40,560 nucleotides of DNA from Gemmatimonadota bacterium (GCA_027622655.1 JAQBYI010000029.1:1-40560); one strand, 5' to 3'. Shown: positions 1-8,497, counted from the stretch's first letter. Notes: generated by a model from the letters alone, not told the origin. A program made the numbers and translations.

Positions 1-1363
1 CACGCGTGACGCGCCCCAGCTCGTGGGGGCCCGCGTCGATGGGGGGCTCCGCGGCCCGCCGTGCCCCTCGCGCGCGGCGCGGGTTCGGAGATGCGCGAGG
101 ATCCGGTCGATCACCGAGGCCTGAGTGATGAACGCGACGACCCGCATGGGGCCATGGCAGGTCGGGCACGCGAGCGGGTCAACCTCGAAAATCTGCTGCA
201 GGAGGGCCGCCCATCGGCGGGTGGCCTCGGTCGGCGCGAGTCGTGGCGCGGGGACGATCAGGGGTGGCGTATCGGCTGCTGCGGGCTCGGCCTGACGCCG
301 CATCCCGCGCGGACGGTTGGCGTACCAGCCGTAGTACCGCGTGGTGACGTGGCCCTTGTCCGGAATGTGCACGAGGACCCGAGCGAGGAACTCGAGCGGG
401 TCGGCGGTTTCGGTCCCCGCCGTCGGGCCCTCTGATTTATCGGAGCGATAGGTCACGGCCATGGCGGCTCGGTCGTAGATGAGCCGCTCTAGCGCGACGG
501 GATTGCGGGCGCAGTAGCGCGCGAGGCGGGTCGCGAACGCGCGATCGTCCTCGGGGACCCAGACGGCGGTGTGCACGTGGAACCCCGAGTGCGGCCAGGT
601 CAGCATGCCGGCGGCCTGGTCTTCGCCGAAGAGCGCAAGGCGCACGAACAAGCGGAGGACGGCGCGGCGGAACGCCTCCGTCAACCGCGCCGTGTCGTGG
701 GCGGGCCATGAGACAAAGGTGCCGTCGGGCCGGAAACCGCCGTCGGTGACGAGCAGGTGCAGGTGCGGATGCCAGGGTGTTGCTCTTGGCGCGGGAGCCG
801 TGCGTTTGCAGGCACGCGACGATGCCGACGACCAGCTCGCGCTCCCCCGTCAGCGTGCAAATGGCGTCGGTGACGGTGCGGGCGGCGACGCGGGCGATCT
901 CGCCGAGGAGGAGGCGCCGATACAGACAGTAGGCGCGCAGCCGCTTGGGGATGGTGAGTACCACCTGCCGGTGCGGCACGGGCGCGAGGAGAGTGGTGTC
1001 CAGCCACTGCGTCCAGATCGCGAGGCGCTTGGCGTGACAGCTCGGGCAGAAGTATCGGCACTTGCAGGAGAAGGCCAGCAGATACTCGTGCGTGCACGCA
1101 TCGCAGCGGATGCGCGCGAACCCGTGCTCCAACACGCCGCACGCGAGGAACTTGTCAGCGACCCGCGCGACGACGGGACGCCATGGGCCATACTCGCGCG
1201 CGAAGCGCTCGTCGTAGACCGTCTGCAGGCGATGCAGATGATCCGACACCAACCGAAACAGCGGCGACGCTTGCGGGCGTCGGGGCTTGTAGACGCCGCG
1301 CGTCGCCGGCGCCGCGTCGGGCATGCGCGCTCCGGGACCGGGGAGCGCCGAGCATACGCCCAC
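1..1363 (-). pseudogene. IS91-family (Y2 HUH rolling-circle) transposase, frameshifted; C-terminal end runs off window left edge
   Basis: The N-terminal frame (437..1363) carries the Zn-binding transposase motif CDACTHEYLLAFSCKCRYFCPSCHAKR and the QTHGS motif. Hand translation of the minus strand in a second frame from about position 790 down to position 1 gives TPWHPHLHLLVTDGGFRPDG...DPLACPTCHGPMRVVAFITQ, which is the conserved IS91 catalytic/C-terminal region. This frame has no stop before position 1. The two frames join by a +1 shift near 785-795. Confidence 0.8.
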
Positions 1364-1687
1364 CGACCGCGCCGTCTGTCACCATTCCGTTGCGCGACGG
1401 GCTGTTTCGACGCAACGTCCGCGTGGCGCGGGCCTAACGGTGCTTGCTGCAGAAGCTTGCGTTACGCAGCCGAGAATCCCGAGGGCGTTGAAGCACGGTC
1501 ACGGAAGAGATATGTGTCGCGATCGCACGGTTGCTGCACGGTCAGACAATCGAGCTGACGAACTCCTCTCGCTCTCGCAGCGGGGATAAGGAGCACTCGA
1601 CGGTTACGCGGTGCTAGTCCAACCGAGCCGCCTCGTGAACGGCCCGTGCCGTTGCCGTAAAGCCGCGTGCGCCCCGATCCACGCGGA
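1..1687 (-). mobile_element. Partial IS91-family insertion sequence (transposase gene plus upstream terIS-side flank); left boundary outside window
   Basis: The transposase identity is as above. IS91-family elements have no inverted repeats, so boundaries cannot be set by eye. The right boundary is placed provisionally in the 324-bp gap before the PatB-like gene. Confidence 0.45.
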
Positions 1688-3046
1688 TCACGCGCGCTTC
1701 AGCGCGGCCGCCATGTTACCCAGCGCGCGTTCGATCAGCTTGCGCGAAGTGCCGATGTTCATCCTCATGTGATCCGCGCCGCCAGCGCCGAAGCCCGCAC
1801 CGGGACTGAGGAAAACGCCTGCGTTGTTCGCGAACCAGCGCTGCACTACGTCCTCGGGCGTGACGGGCGTCACCGAGCGCCTGCTTTCTTCCTCGGCAGT
1901 CTTCTTTGCGCCGATCTTCTCTACGACTTCGCCAACGTCAAGCCAGGCCAGGTAGGTGGCCTGGGCCTTCGTGTACTTCACGTACGGCACACGCTCGGCG
2001 ATGTACGATTCAGTGAAGTCGTGATTGCCGTCGATGTAGCCCACCAGCTTTTCGAGCCAGGGTTCGCCCTCGGTCAGGCCGGCGTGGTTCGCCACGAGTC
2101 CCGGAGTGGTGAGGTCGGCGCGGGTCCGGGCCCGCACCCTCGCGAGCAGGCTCGGGTTGGTCGAAAAGAACCACGCGACTTTCATCGCGGCGAGGTTGAA
2201 CGTCTTGCTCGCCGCCTTGAAGGTGAGGCTGTTGTCGACGATCGCACGGTTCGGGAGGCTGGCGAAGGGCGTGTACTTCTGCCCCTTCATGACGAAGTCG
2301 CAGTGGATCTCGTCGGCGAGCACGACGACCTTGTGGCGCAGGCAGATCTCGCCCATCCGGGTGAGGTCGGCCGGTGACCAGCAGTTGCCGGTGGGGTTTT
2401 GCGGGTTGCACAGAATGAAGGCGTTCGAGCGCGCGGCGCGCAGCTCGAAATCTTCCCAGTCGATAGAGTAGCGGCCGTCGACGAGCTTCATGGGGCTGTC
2501 TTCGGCCAGCGTGTTCGTGTAGCGCAGGTCGGAATAGAATCCGTTGTAGGTCGGCGTGGCCAGCAGCACGCGCGTTCCCGGTGGCGCGAACGTCTCGAGC
2601 GCAAAGATCAGCGCAGGGTGCACACCGCTGGTCCAGGTGATTGTCGCGGGATCGATCACGAGTCCGTACCGGCGGCGGTTCCAGTCAACGATTGCGTCGA
2701 CGTAGCGCTGCGGCTGGCGAAGATAGCCCCAGTTCTCGTGCTCCATGCGCTTCGAGAGAGCCTGGACGATGCATGGAGCCGTCCGGAAATCGAGATCGGC
2801 GATGCCCATGCCCACCTCGATCTTGCTTCCATACGTTGCGATCGCACCGTCCCACTTGGTCGAGTCGGTGCCGACGCGGTTGTAAATCGCGTCGAAGTCA
2901 AATCCCTGCTGGCTCGACTCTGCAGGATCGGAAACGCTCGCCAGCTCGGATGCGATGCCCGGTCTCGCGCTGACAGCGCCGATGAGCGCCGACGCTCCGG
3001 CCGTCCTGAGGAACGCCCTGCGATCGACTCCACGGTTTCGTGCCAT
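1688..3046 (-). CDS. PatB/MalY-type cystathionine beta-lyase-like C-S lyase (aminotransferase class I/II fold) with N-terminal Tat-like signal (RRAFLRTAGASALIGA)
   Basis: The translation has a ~50-aa N-terminal extension with a twin-arginine motif. After it comes GFDFDAIYNRVGTDSTKWD, which matches the conserved PatB/MalY N-terminus. The remainder is a PLP aminotransferase fold. Start chosen at MARNRGVDRRAF (3046); an in-frame ATG at 3079 is also possible. Confidence 0.7.
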   Translation of the reverse strand: MARNRGVDRRAFLRTAGASALIGAVSARPGIASELASVSDPAESSQQGFDFDAIYNRVGTDSTKWDGAIATYGSKIEVGMGIADLDFRTAPCIVQALSKRMEHENWGYLRQPQRYVDAIVDWNRRRYGLVIDPATITWTSGVHPALIFALETFAPPGTRVLLATPTYNGFYSDLRYTNTLAEDSPMKLVDGRYSIDWEDFELRAARSNAFILCNPQNPTGNCWSPADLTRMGEICLRHKVVVLADEIHCDFVMKGQKYTPFASLPNRAIVDNSLTFKAASKTFNLAAMKVAWFFSTNPSLLARVRARTRADLTTPGLVANHAGLTEGEPWLEKLVGYIDGNHDFTESYIAERVPYVKYTKAQATYLAWLDVGEVVEKIGAKKTAEEESRRSVTPVTPEDVVQRWFANNAGVFLSPGAGFGAGGADHMRMNIGTSRKLIERALGNMAAALKRA

Positions 3047-3103
3047 CGGATTCTCCCCGGTTGCGTGCGAACCTCGCACGACGATGAATGGCTGAACTTC
3101 CCA

Positions 3104-3295
3104 TCACATCGTCGCTGGCGCAAGCCTAGCGCAAGCGCCCGGCCGGCCGACGCGCCGCACCGCTTCGCCAATGTCGCCGCCGAGAGCTGCGAGGTGGTTG
3201 TCCTTGATGAGCACGGCCTCGGCAAGATCGAATCGATGATTCGCGCCGCCGCCGCTGTCGCCCCGGCGAAAGGCGGCGAGCGCATCGGCGTACAC
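3104..3295 (-). pseudogene. Decayed internal fragment of nadC (duplicate of the [34 protein letters not shown] segment)
   Basis: Nucleotides 3169..3255 are 85/87 identical to 5273..5359 inside the intact nadC. The flanks show only degraded similarity to nadC. Confidence 0.7.
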
Positions 3296-3355
3296 CGATC
3301 AGCGGTGACTTCGAAATCCGCGTCGAGTACCAATTCGTCAGATGGACGTCCTGCG

Positions 3356-3967
3356 TTACGCGCGGGCGAAGCGCCGCAGTTCGTCGAACGAGCCGGCATC
3401 GGCGGCCCTGAGCGCAGCGATGTAGCGCGCGCGGACCTCCCCAGACTTCGTCGGGTGCGCTGCATTCCCCCAACTGAATGGCGGCCTCTCCCAACTCTGC
3501 AGCAACAAGTCGGTCGCGAGTCGGCTGTGCCGCCCGTTGCCGTTTGGCCACGGGTGAATGCGAACAAACTCGTGATGAAAGCGAATCGCCAGCTCATCCA
3601 GCGCCTTCGGTATCTTCGCGCCGTGTTCGTACTGCGCTTGAGTATTTGCCAGGAGGTCCCTCACAAGGCGCGGGACCTCCGTCCAGTGGTAAGCTGAAAT
3701 GCTCTTATCGGAATCGCGGAATTCGCCGGCCCATTTCCACGTTTCATCGAACATTCGCCTATGCAATTCCTGCAGAATCGCCTGGTCCAGGACGTTCAAC
3801 GTACGCCCCCCGATCCAACCCATCGCGCGCTCGATATTCCGGATTTCCCACTGGTTCAGGTCTGCCCTGGTAGTCAGGTGTGGAGGGATCAGGCCACCCG
3901 TTTCGTCTCCGGTGAGGGGCGTGTTTCCGTCTTCGATCTGGTGCTTATTCAGTTCATCGGGCGGCAC
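3356..3967 (-). CDS. Fic/Doc-family protein ('mobile mystery protein B'-like), Fic motif HPWPNGNGRHSR; GTG start
   Basis: The translation contains the Fic core motif H-P-W-P-N-G-N-G-R-H-S-R. It is about 200 aa and is 3 nt downstream of the HTH partner gene stop. GC is lower than the surrounding DNA. Confidence 0.75.
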   Translation of the reverse strand: MPPDELNKHQIEDGNTPLTGDETGGLIPPHLTTRADLNQWEIRNIERAMGWIGGRTLNVLDQAILQELHRRMFDETWKWAGEFRDSDKSISAYHWTEVPRLVRDLLANTQAQYEHGAKIPKALDELAIRFHHEFVRIHPWPNGNGRHSRLATDLLLQSWERPPFSWGNAAHPTKSGEVRARYIAALRAADAGSFDELRRFARA

Positions 3968-3970
3968 TGC

Positions 3971-4450
3971 TCAATCCCACAGTCTTCGTGCGTGTTCAGA
4001 AAGCCACCGTTCCGCGGACGTTTTCTCGTCGAGGACGCTCTCGATGCCTGCGTCCTGCGCCTCCAGCCGCATCGTGTGCACGAGTCGATTGCGTTCCTCA
4101 CGCGCCTTGACCGCTGCCTGTCGCCTCACCGTTTCCTCAAGTGAGGGTTTTGGAACGAAAACGACGTACAGTTCGCAGCTGAGCGCTTCGGCAGCCTGCC
4201 GGAGCTTTGCCAGGGAGATGGTCTCGCTCCCTTCTCTTGCCTCGAGGTCAAGCACGGATTGCGCCGACATTTTGAGACGGAGCCCTAACTGCCGCATGGT
4301 CATTCCCAAGGACTGCCGAATCGTTCTGATCCAACCTCCTCTTGGAGATTCCAGAGACGGTAGGTTCGTGAGTCGTGCATCGATCTGCCTTCGCTGAAGC
4401 TCCAGTGAGCCAGCAGATTTCTTTTTCGCTCTTGGCAACCGTTTTGTCAT
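3971..4450 (-). CDS. XRE-family helix-turn-helix protein ('mobile mystery protein A'-like) partner of the Fic protein
   Basis: The 159-aa product has the HTH segment IRTIRQSLGMTMRQLGLRLKMSAQSVLDLE. It sits immediately upstream of the Fic gene and is translationally coupled to it. Confidence 0.65.
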   Translation of the reverse strand: MTKRLPRAKKKSAGSLELQRRQIDARLTNLPSLESPRGGWIRTIRQSLGMTMRQLGLRLKMSAQSVLDLEAREGSETISLAKLRQAAEALSCELYVVFVPKPSLEETVRRQAAVKAREERNRLVHTMRLEAQDAGIESVLDEKTSAERWLSEHARRLWD

Positions 4451-4481
4451 AGTATAGCCTTATTTATCGTAGTGACATATA

Positions 4482-4526
4482 AGTCTATAGTCTTATCTAA
4501 CAAGGCACAATATCAGACTATAGACT
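4482..4526. promoter_or_regulatory. 12-bp inverted repeat AGTCTATAGTCT (4482-4493) / AGACTATAGACT (4515-4526) in an AT-rich putative promoter upstream of the HTH-Fic operon
   Basis: Exact reverse complements separated by 21 bp. The region 4441..4540 is roughly 35% GC in a ~68% GC background and lies directly upstream of the 4450 start. Confidence 0.5.
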
Positions 4527-4785
4527 GACAACACCTGTTTTTGAACACGCCGCTGCTGTGGCGATACGTTGCGGTTTGTGCGGGCACGATGCCCCGGCGC
4601 GTCCATCGGAATGACGGAGACGTTCCGTATGGCCATGATCGCTGCGGGTTCTCCAAGCAATGGAGATCGCGAGTCGCAGGACGACGTCCGGCCGCACGGT
4701 CGTCGCCTTACGCCGATCCATCTGCCACGGCTGAGCGATCAGCGGAGATCCGGATGATTCGCGAAATCCGATCCTGCGATAGCAC

Positions 4786-4824
4786 CGCGAACCCAGCACC
4801 CGCGAACCCAGCACCCGCGACGCT
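4786..4824. repeat. Tandem 15-mer CCGCGAACCCAGCAC x2.6
   Basis: Direct reading at 4786-4824. It lies in the ~420-bp unassigned region between nadC and the HTH gene promoter. Confidence 0.7.
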
Positions 4825-4964
4825 AGAGGTCCGCGCAGGACTTGTTGATGTTGCCGCACGCCTCGCAAATCAGCTTGCACTTCCGCCAGACGAGACGCGT
4901 CACTCCGCAGAAATCACAGGGTGCGGTTTCGCGCTTGCCGTCCGCCTCACGAGCGGGGGCCGGC

Positions 4965-5885
4965 CTACTCAAAGTCGAGCGCCAGATTCATCGCCGGCGC
5001 CGAATGCGTCAGCGCGCCCACCGAAATACGGTCCACACCGGTAGCCGCGATCAGCGCGGCGGTTGAGAGCGTCACGCCCCCGCTGGCCTCGGTAACGCAC
5101 CGGCCTGCGCAGATCGCAACGCACTCCTTCAGCGCATTCAGGCTCATGTTGTCGAGCAGCACGCTCTCCACACCGGCGTCTACGGCAGCGCGAACCTGTT
5201 CCACCGAATCGCACTCGAGCTGGACGGGCGTCCCCGGCTCCGCGTGCTCCCGCACCCGACGCACGGCCTCGGCAATGTCGCCGCCGAGAGCTGCGAGGTG
5301 GTTGTCCTTGATGAGTACGGCCTCGGCAAGATCGAATCGATGATTCGCGCCGCCACCGCAACGGACGGCGTACTTCTCGAGCGCGCGTCGCCCGGGAGAA
5401 GTCTTGCGCGTGTCCACGATCTGCGCGCGAGTTCCCTTCACCGCGTCCACAAACTTCCGTGTCAGCGTCGCGATTCCCGAGAGCCGCTGCATGAAATTGA
5501 GAGCTGTGCGTTCCGCTGAGAGAAGTCCTCGGGCACGTCCGGAGAGGAAAAGAACTTCCGTTCCCTTGCCCACACTCGAACCATCCTCGACGTCCACGCG
5601 AATGGACACCTCGGGATCGAGCAGCCGGAACGCGGCGAGCGCGAGCGGAATGCCGGCAATCACTCCGGCCTCGCGTGCCACGAGCATCGCGCGCGCCTTA
5701 AGGCCGGAACGCACGGTGGCGATGGTCGTGACGTCGCGCATCGCGGCATCCTCGTCGAGCGCGTCCTGAACGAGGGCGATGATACTGGCGTCGGTGAGCG
5801 GAAAGCCTGATCCGGCATCCGCGAAGTGCACGGCGTCGAACGGAGTGATCCGCCGTGGCGGCCGCGGGTCGGCGGCGGCGTTCAT
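4965..5885 (-). CDS. nadC: Nicotinate-nucleotide pyrophosphorylase (carboxylating), quinolinate phosphoribosyltransferase
   Basis: The 306-aa translation has typical NadC segments ([28 protein letters not shown]). It overlaps nadA by 4 nt. Confidence 0.9.
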   Translation of the reverse strand: MNAAADPRPPRRITPFDAVHFADAGSGFPLTDASIIALVQDALDEDAAMRDVTTIATVRSGLKARAMLVAREAGVIAGIPLALAAFRLLDPEVSIRVDVEDGSSVGKGTEVLFLSGRARGLLSAERTALNFMQRLSGIATLTRKFVDAVKGTRAQIVDTRKTSPGRRALEKYAVRCGGGANHRFDLAEAVLIKDNHLAALGGDIAEAVRRVREHAEPGTPVQLECDSVEQVRAAVDAGVESVLLDNMSLNALKECVAICAGRCVTEASGGVTLSTAALIAATGVDRISVGALTHSAPAMNLALDFE

Positions 5886-6895
5886 TCGCCGGGATCCACT
5901 CCGGGGCCTGGCGGTGTTGACGGCGACGTTCCGCCAATGGAAACCATGCGCTCAATAGCGAGTCGTGCGCGCGCGGCCGTCTCAGCCGGAACGGTAATTC
6001 GGTGCCGAAGATGCTCGAGGGCCTCGGCCACCTTCGCCAGCGTCGTCACCTTCATGTACACGCACGACGCTCGTTCATTGGCGGCGTAGAAATTCCGGTC
6101 GGGGTAGTTTCGCTTGAGGCGGTGAAGGATTCCGATTTCCGTGGCGATGATGAAATCCTTCGCCGGCGAGTGCGCCGGACGGTTCATCATCCCTTCGGTG
6201 GAGAGAATGTGCACTCCATCTGGATCCACGTCGCCGGCCGAGACGGCCTCGACAACGCTGGTGGCACAGCCGCATTCCGGGTGGATGAGGAACTCAGCGC
6301 CGGGATGCAGCGATCGCTGGAGCCGAATGTTCTCAGGATCGATGCCCGCGTGCACGTGACACTCGCCCATCCAGACGTGCATGTTCTTGCGACCGGTCAA
6401 CCGGCGGACGTGCGCACCGAGGAACATGTCCGGGAGGAAGAGAATCTCCTGATCGGCCGGGATCGAATTGACGACCTCGACCGCGTTGCCCGACGTGCAG
6501 CAGTAGTCGCTCTCGGCCTTCACTTCGGCGCTCGTGTTGACATACGACACGACGACTGCACCGGGGTGTTCGGCCTTCCAGGCGCGCAGTTGGCGCGCGT
6601 CGATAGTTGCCGCGAGCGAACAACCGGCAGCGAGGTCGGGCAACAGCACTGTTTTGGACGGGGAGAGAATGGCCGCCGTCTCTGCCATGAAGTGGACGCC
6701 GCAGAAAACGATGACCTCGGCGTCAGTGCGGGCGGCCTCGCGTGAGAGGCCGAGCGAGTCACCGACGTAGTCGGCGACGTCCTGAACTTCCGGACGCTGG
6801 TAGTTGTGCGCAAGGATGACTGCGTTTCGCTTGCGCGCGAGGCCGCGGATCTCGTCGTGTAACGCGGTGTCAGCTGCAACGGGTGGTGCGCCCAT
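5882..6895 (-). CDS. nadA: Quinolinate synthase A
   Basis: The 337-aa translation has NadA hallmarks (ILAHNYQ, VHFMAETA, CCTSGNA, IHPECGC). Confidence 0.9.
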   Translation of the reverse strand: MGAPPVAADTALHDEIRGLARKRNAVILAHNYQRPEVQDVADYVGDSLGLSREAARTDAEVIVFCGVHFMAETAAILSPSKTVLLPDLAAGCSLAATIDARQLRAWKAEHPGAVVVSYVNTSAEVKAESDYCCTSGNAVEVVNSIPADQEILFLPDMFLGAHVRRLTGRKNMHVWMGECHVHAGIDPENIRLQRSLHPGAEFLIHPECGCATSVVEAVSAGDVDPDGVHILSTEGMMNRPAHSPAKDFIIATEIGILHRLKRNYPDRNFYAANERASCVYMKVTTLAKVAEALEHLRHRITVPAETAARARLAIERMVSIGGTSPSTPPGPGVDPGE

Positions 6896-6984
6896 GCCTC
6901 AATTCTATCGTATGCGCGGTGAGTCGGCGGGCGGGCGCCGCGACGCGCGGACCACACACAGTCGTCGTGCAGGCAAAGCCGTTA

Positions 6985-8493
6985 CTACCACTCGATATGG
7001 CGGCCCCGCCATTTCCGCTTTTCGCGGGGAAAATCGTGCCGAAAGTGGCCTCCGCGCGATTCGCGACGCATCAGCGCCGCTTCGGTGATCAGTCGCGCGG
7101 TAGCGGCCATGTTGAGCTCTTCGGTGGCGCCCGGACTCAGGCGTTTCGTGATTTCGTCGAGTTGTTGGAGGCAGAGGCGAAGCCCCTTTTCGTTGCGGTC
7201 AATGCCGGCGTGCTCCCACATCAACGACCGGATCGCGTCGGCCGCGACCTGCGCGGCACCCCGATCACGGAGCACGGGCACAGTCCAATCAGGACGTCGC
7301 GCGAAACGCGGCAGCTTGGGCAGTTCAATGGCATCGCGGGCCACCCGCTCTGCAAACACGAGACCTTCGAGAAGCGAATTTGACGCGAGGCGGTTGGCGC
7401 CGTGCACTCCCGTTCGACCCACTTCGCCACACGCGTAGAGACGCTCGAGCGACGACCGCCCGGCGAGGTCGGTGACGATACCACCCATCATGTAGTGTGC
7501 GGCCGGCGTGACCGGGATGCGATCCTTCAGCGGATCGATGCCCCGGGCAAGGCAGATCTTGAGGATGCCGGGAAAGCGACTGGCGAACGTCCGCGAGAGT
7601 TTGCGGGCGTCGATCCAAACGCGAGTACCTGATTTCGCTTCCCGATAAATTTCGCGCGCCACGATGTCTCGTGGAGCAAGCTCGGCGAGCTTGTGCTTCC
7701 GCGTCATGAACCGCTGTCCGTGATCGTTGACGAGCACCGCTCCTTCGCCGCGCACCGCCTCCGAGATGAGCGAGAGCGGCGTTTCGGGCGTGTCGAGCGC
7801 CGTCGGATGGAACTGGACGAACTCCATGTCGGCGATACGGACGCCGGCGCGGTGGGCAATGGCGTACCCGTCGCCAGTGGCCACCTGGGGATTCGTCGTA
7901 TGTCGATAGATCTGACCACAGCCGCCGGTAGCGAGCACGGTCGCGTCGGCGATGATTTCGATTGGACGTCCTGCGTGGCTCGCGCGCACTCCAACGCAAC
8001 GACCGGCCACGACGATCAGGTCGAGCGCACGCGCACGTTCGAGGACTGTGATTGATTTCGCGTCGCGAACGCGCGAGATGAGAGTGCGGGCCACTTCGGC
8101 ACCGGTCTGGTCACCGTCGGCATGGACGATGCGTTTACGCGAATGCGCCGCTTCGCGCGACAGTGAGAATCGCCCGTCGGGATCGGTATCGAAGCGCGCA
8201 CCGAGCAATGCCAGATCGCGCACGCGCGCCGGACCCTCGGCAACAAGCACTGCGACCGCTGCGGCATCACACAACGCCGCGCCGGCGGCCAGCGTGTCCT
8301 GATGGTGGAGCTCGGGCGAGTCCCCCGCCCCGAGCGCTGCGGCAATGCCGCCCTGAGCATAGGCAGTGGCGCTGTCGAAGAGTGAGCGCTTGGTCAGCAC
8401 CACGACATCACCGTGTGCGGATGCGCGCCACGCCGCGTGCAGCCCCGCAATACCGGAGCCGACAACGAGAAACCTCGTGCGAATGCGTTTCAT
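6985..8493 (-). CDS. nadB: L-aspartate oxidase
   Basis: FAD-binding N-terminus FLVVGSGIAGL and an NadB/succinate dehydrogenase flavoprotein-like fold. Start chosen at MKRIRTRF (8493) to avoid overlap with the upstream gene. The ORF track extends to 8541. Confidence 0.85.
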   Translation of the reverse strand: MKRIRTRFLVVGSGIAGLHAAWRASAHGDVVVLTKRSLFDSATAYAQGGIAAALGAGDSPELHHQDTLAAGAALCDAAAVAVLVAEGPARVRDLALLGARFDTDPDGRFSLSREAAHSRKRIVHADGDQTGAEVARTLISRVRDAKSITVLERARALDLIVVAGRCVGVRASHAGRPIEIIADATVLATGGCGQIYRHTTNPQVATGDGYAIAHRAGVRIADMEFVQFHPTALDTPETPLSLISEAVRGEGAVLVNDHGQRFMTRKHKLAELAPRDIVAREIYREAKSGTRVWIDARKLSRTFASRFPGILKICLARGIDPLKDRIPVTPAAHYMMGGIVTDLAGRSSLERLYACGEVGRTGVHGANRLASNSLLEGLVFAERVARDAIELPKLPRFARRPDWTVPVLRDRGAAQVAADAIRSLMWEHAGIDRNEKGLRLCLQQLDEITKRLSPGATEELNMAATARLITEAALMRRESRGGHFRHDFPREKRKWRGRHIEW

Positions 8494-8497
8494 CAGT

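Noticed and set aside
61-435. 124-aa plus-strand ORF at the window start
   Set aside because: It lies antisense to the IS91 transposase C-terminal coding region. The Arg/Gly/Pro-rich composition is typical of a shadow ORF in high-GC DNA.
569-1558. 329-aa plus-strand ORF
   Set aside because: It is antisense to the IS91 transposase N-terminal region. The Arg-rich low-complexity translation has no recognisable domain.
1703-1716. Short GC hairpin CGCGC-TTCA-GCGCG near the PatB-like gene 3' end
   Set aside because: It lies inside the coding sequence (C-terminal ALKRA codons). A 5-bp stem in GC-rich DNA is expected by chance.
2399-3697. 432-aa plus-strand ORF
   Set aside because: It is antisense to the PatB-like gene and the nadC fragment. 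The product is Arg/Ala/Pro-rich with no domain signature. It is a shadow ORF.
4541-5044. 167-aa plus-strand ORF
   Set aside because: It overlaps the well-supported nadC on the opposite strand, and its reading partly follows the tandem 15-mer repeat. The sequence is low-complexity.
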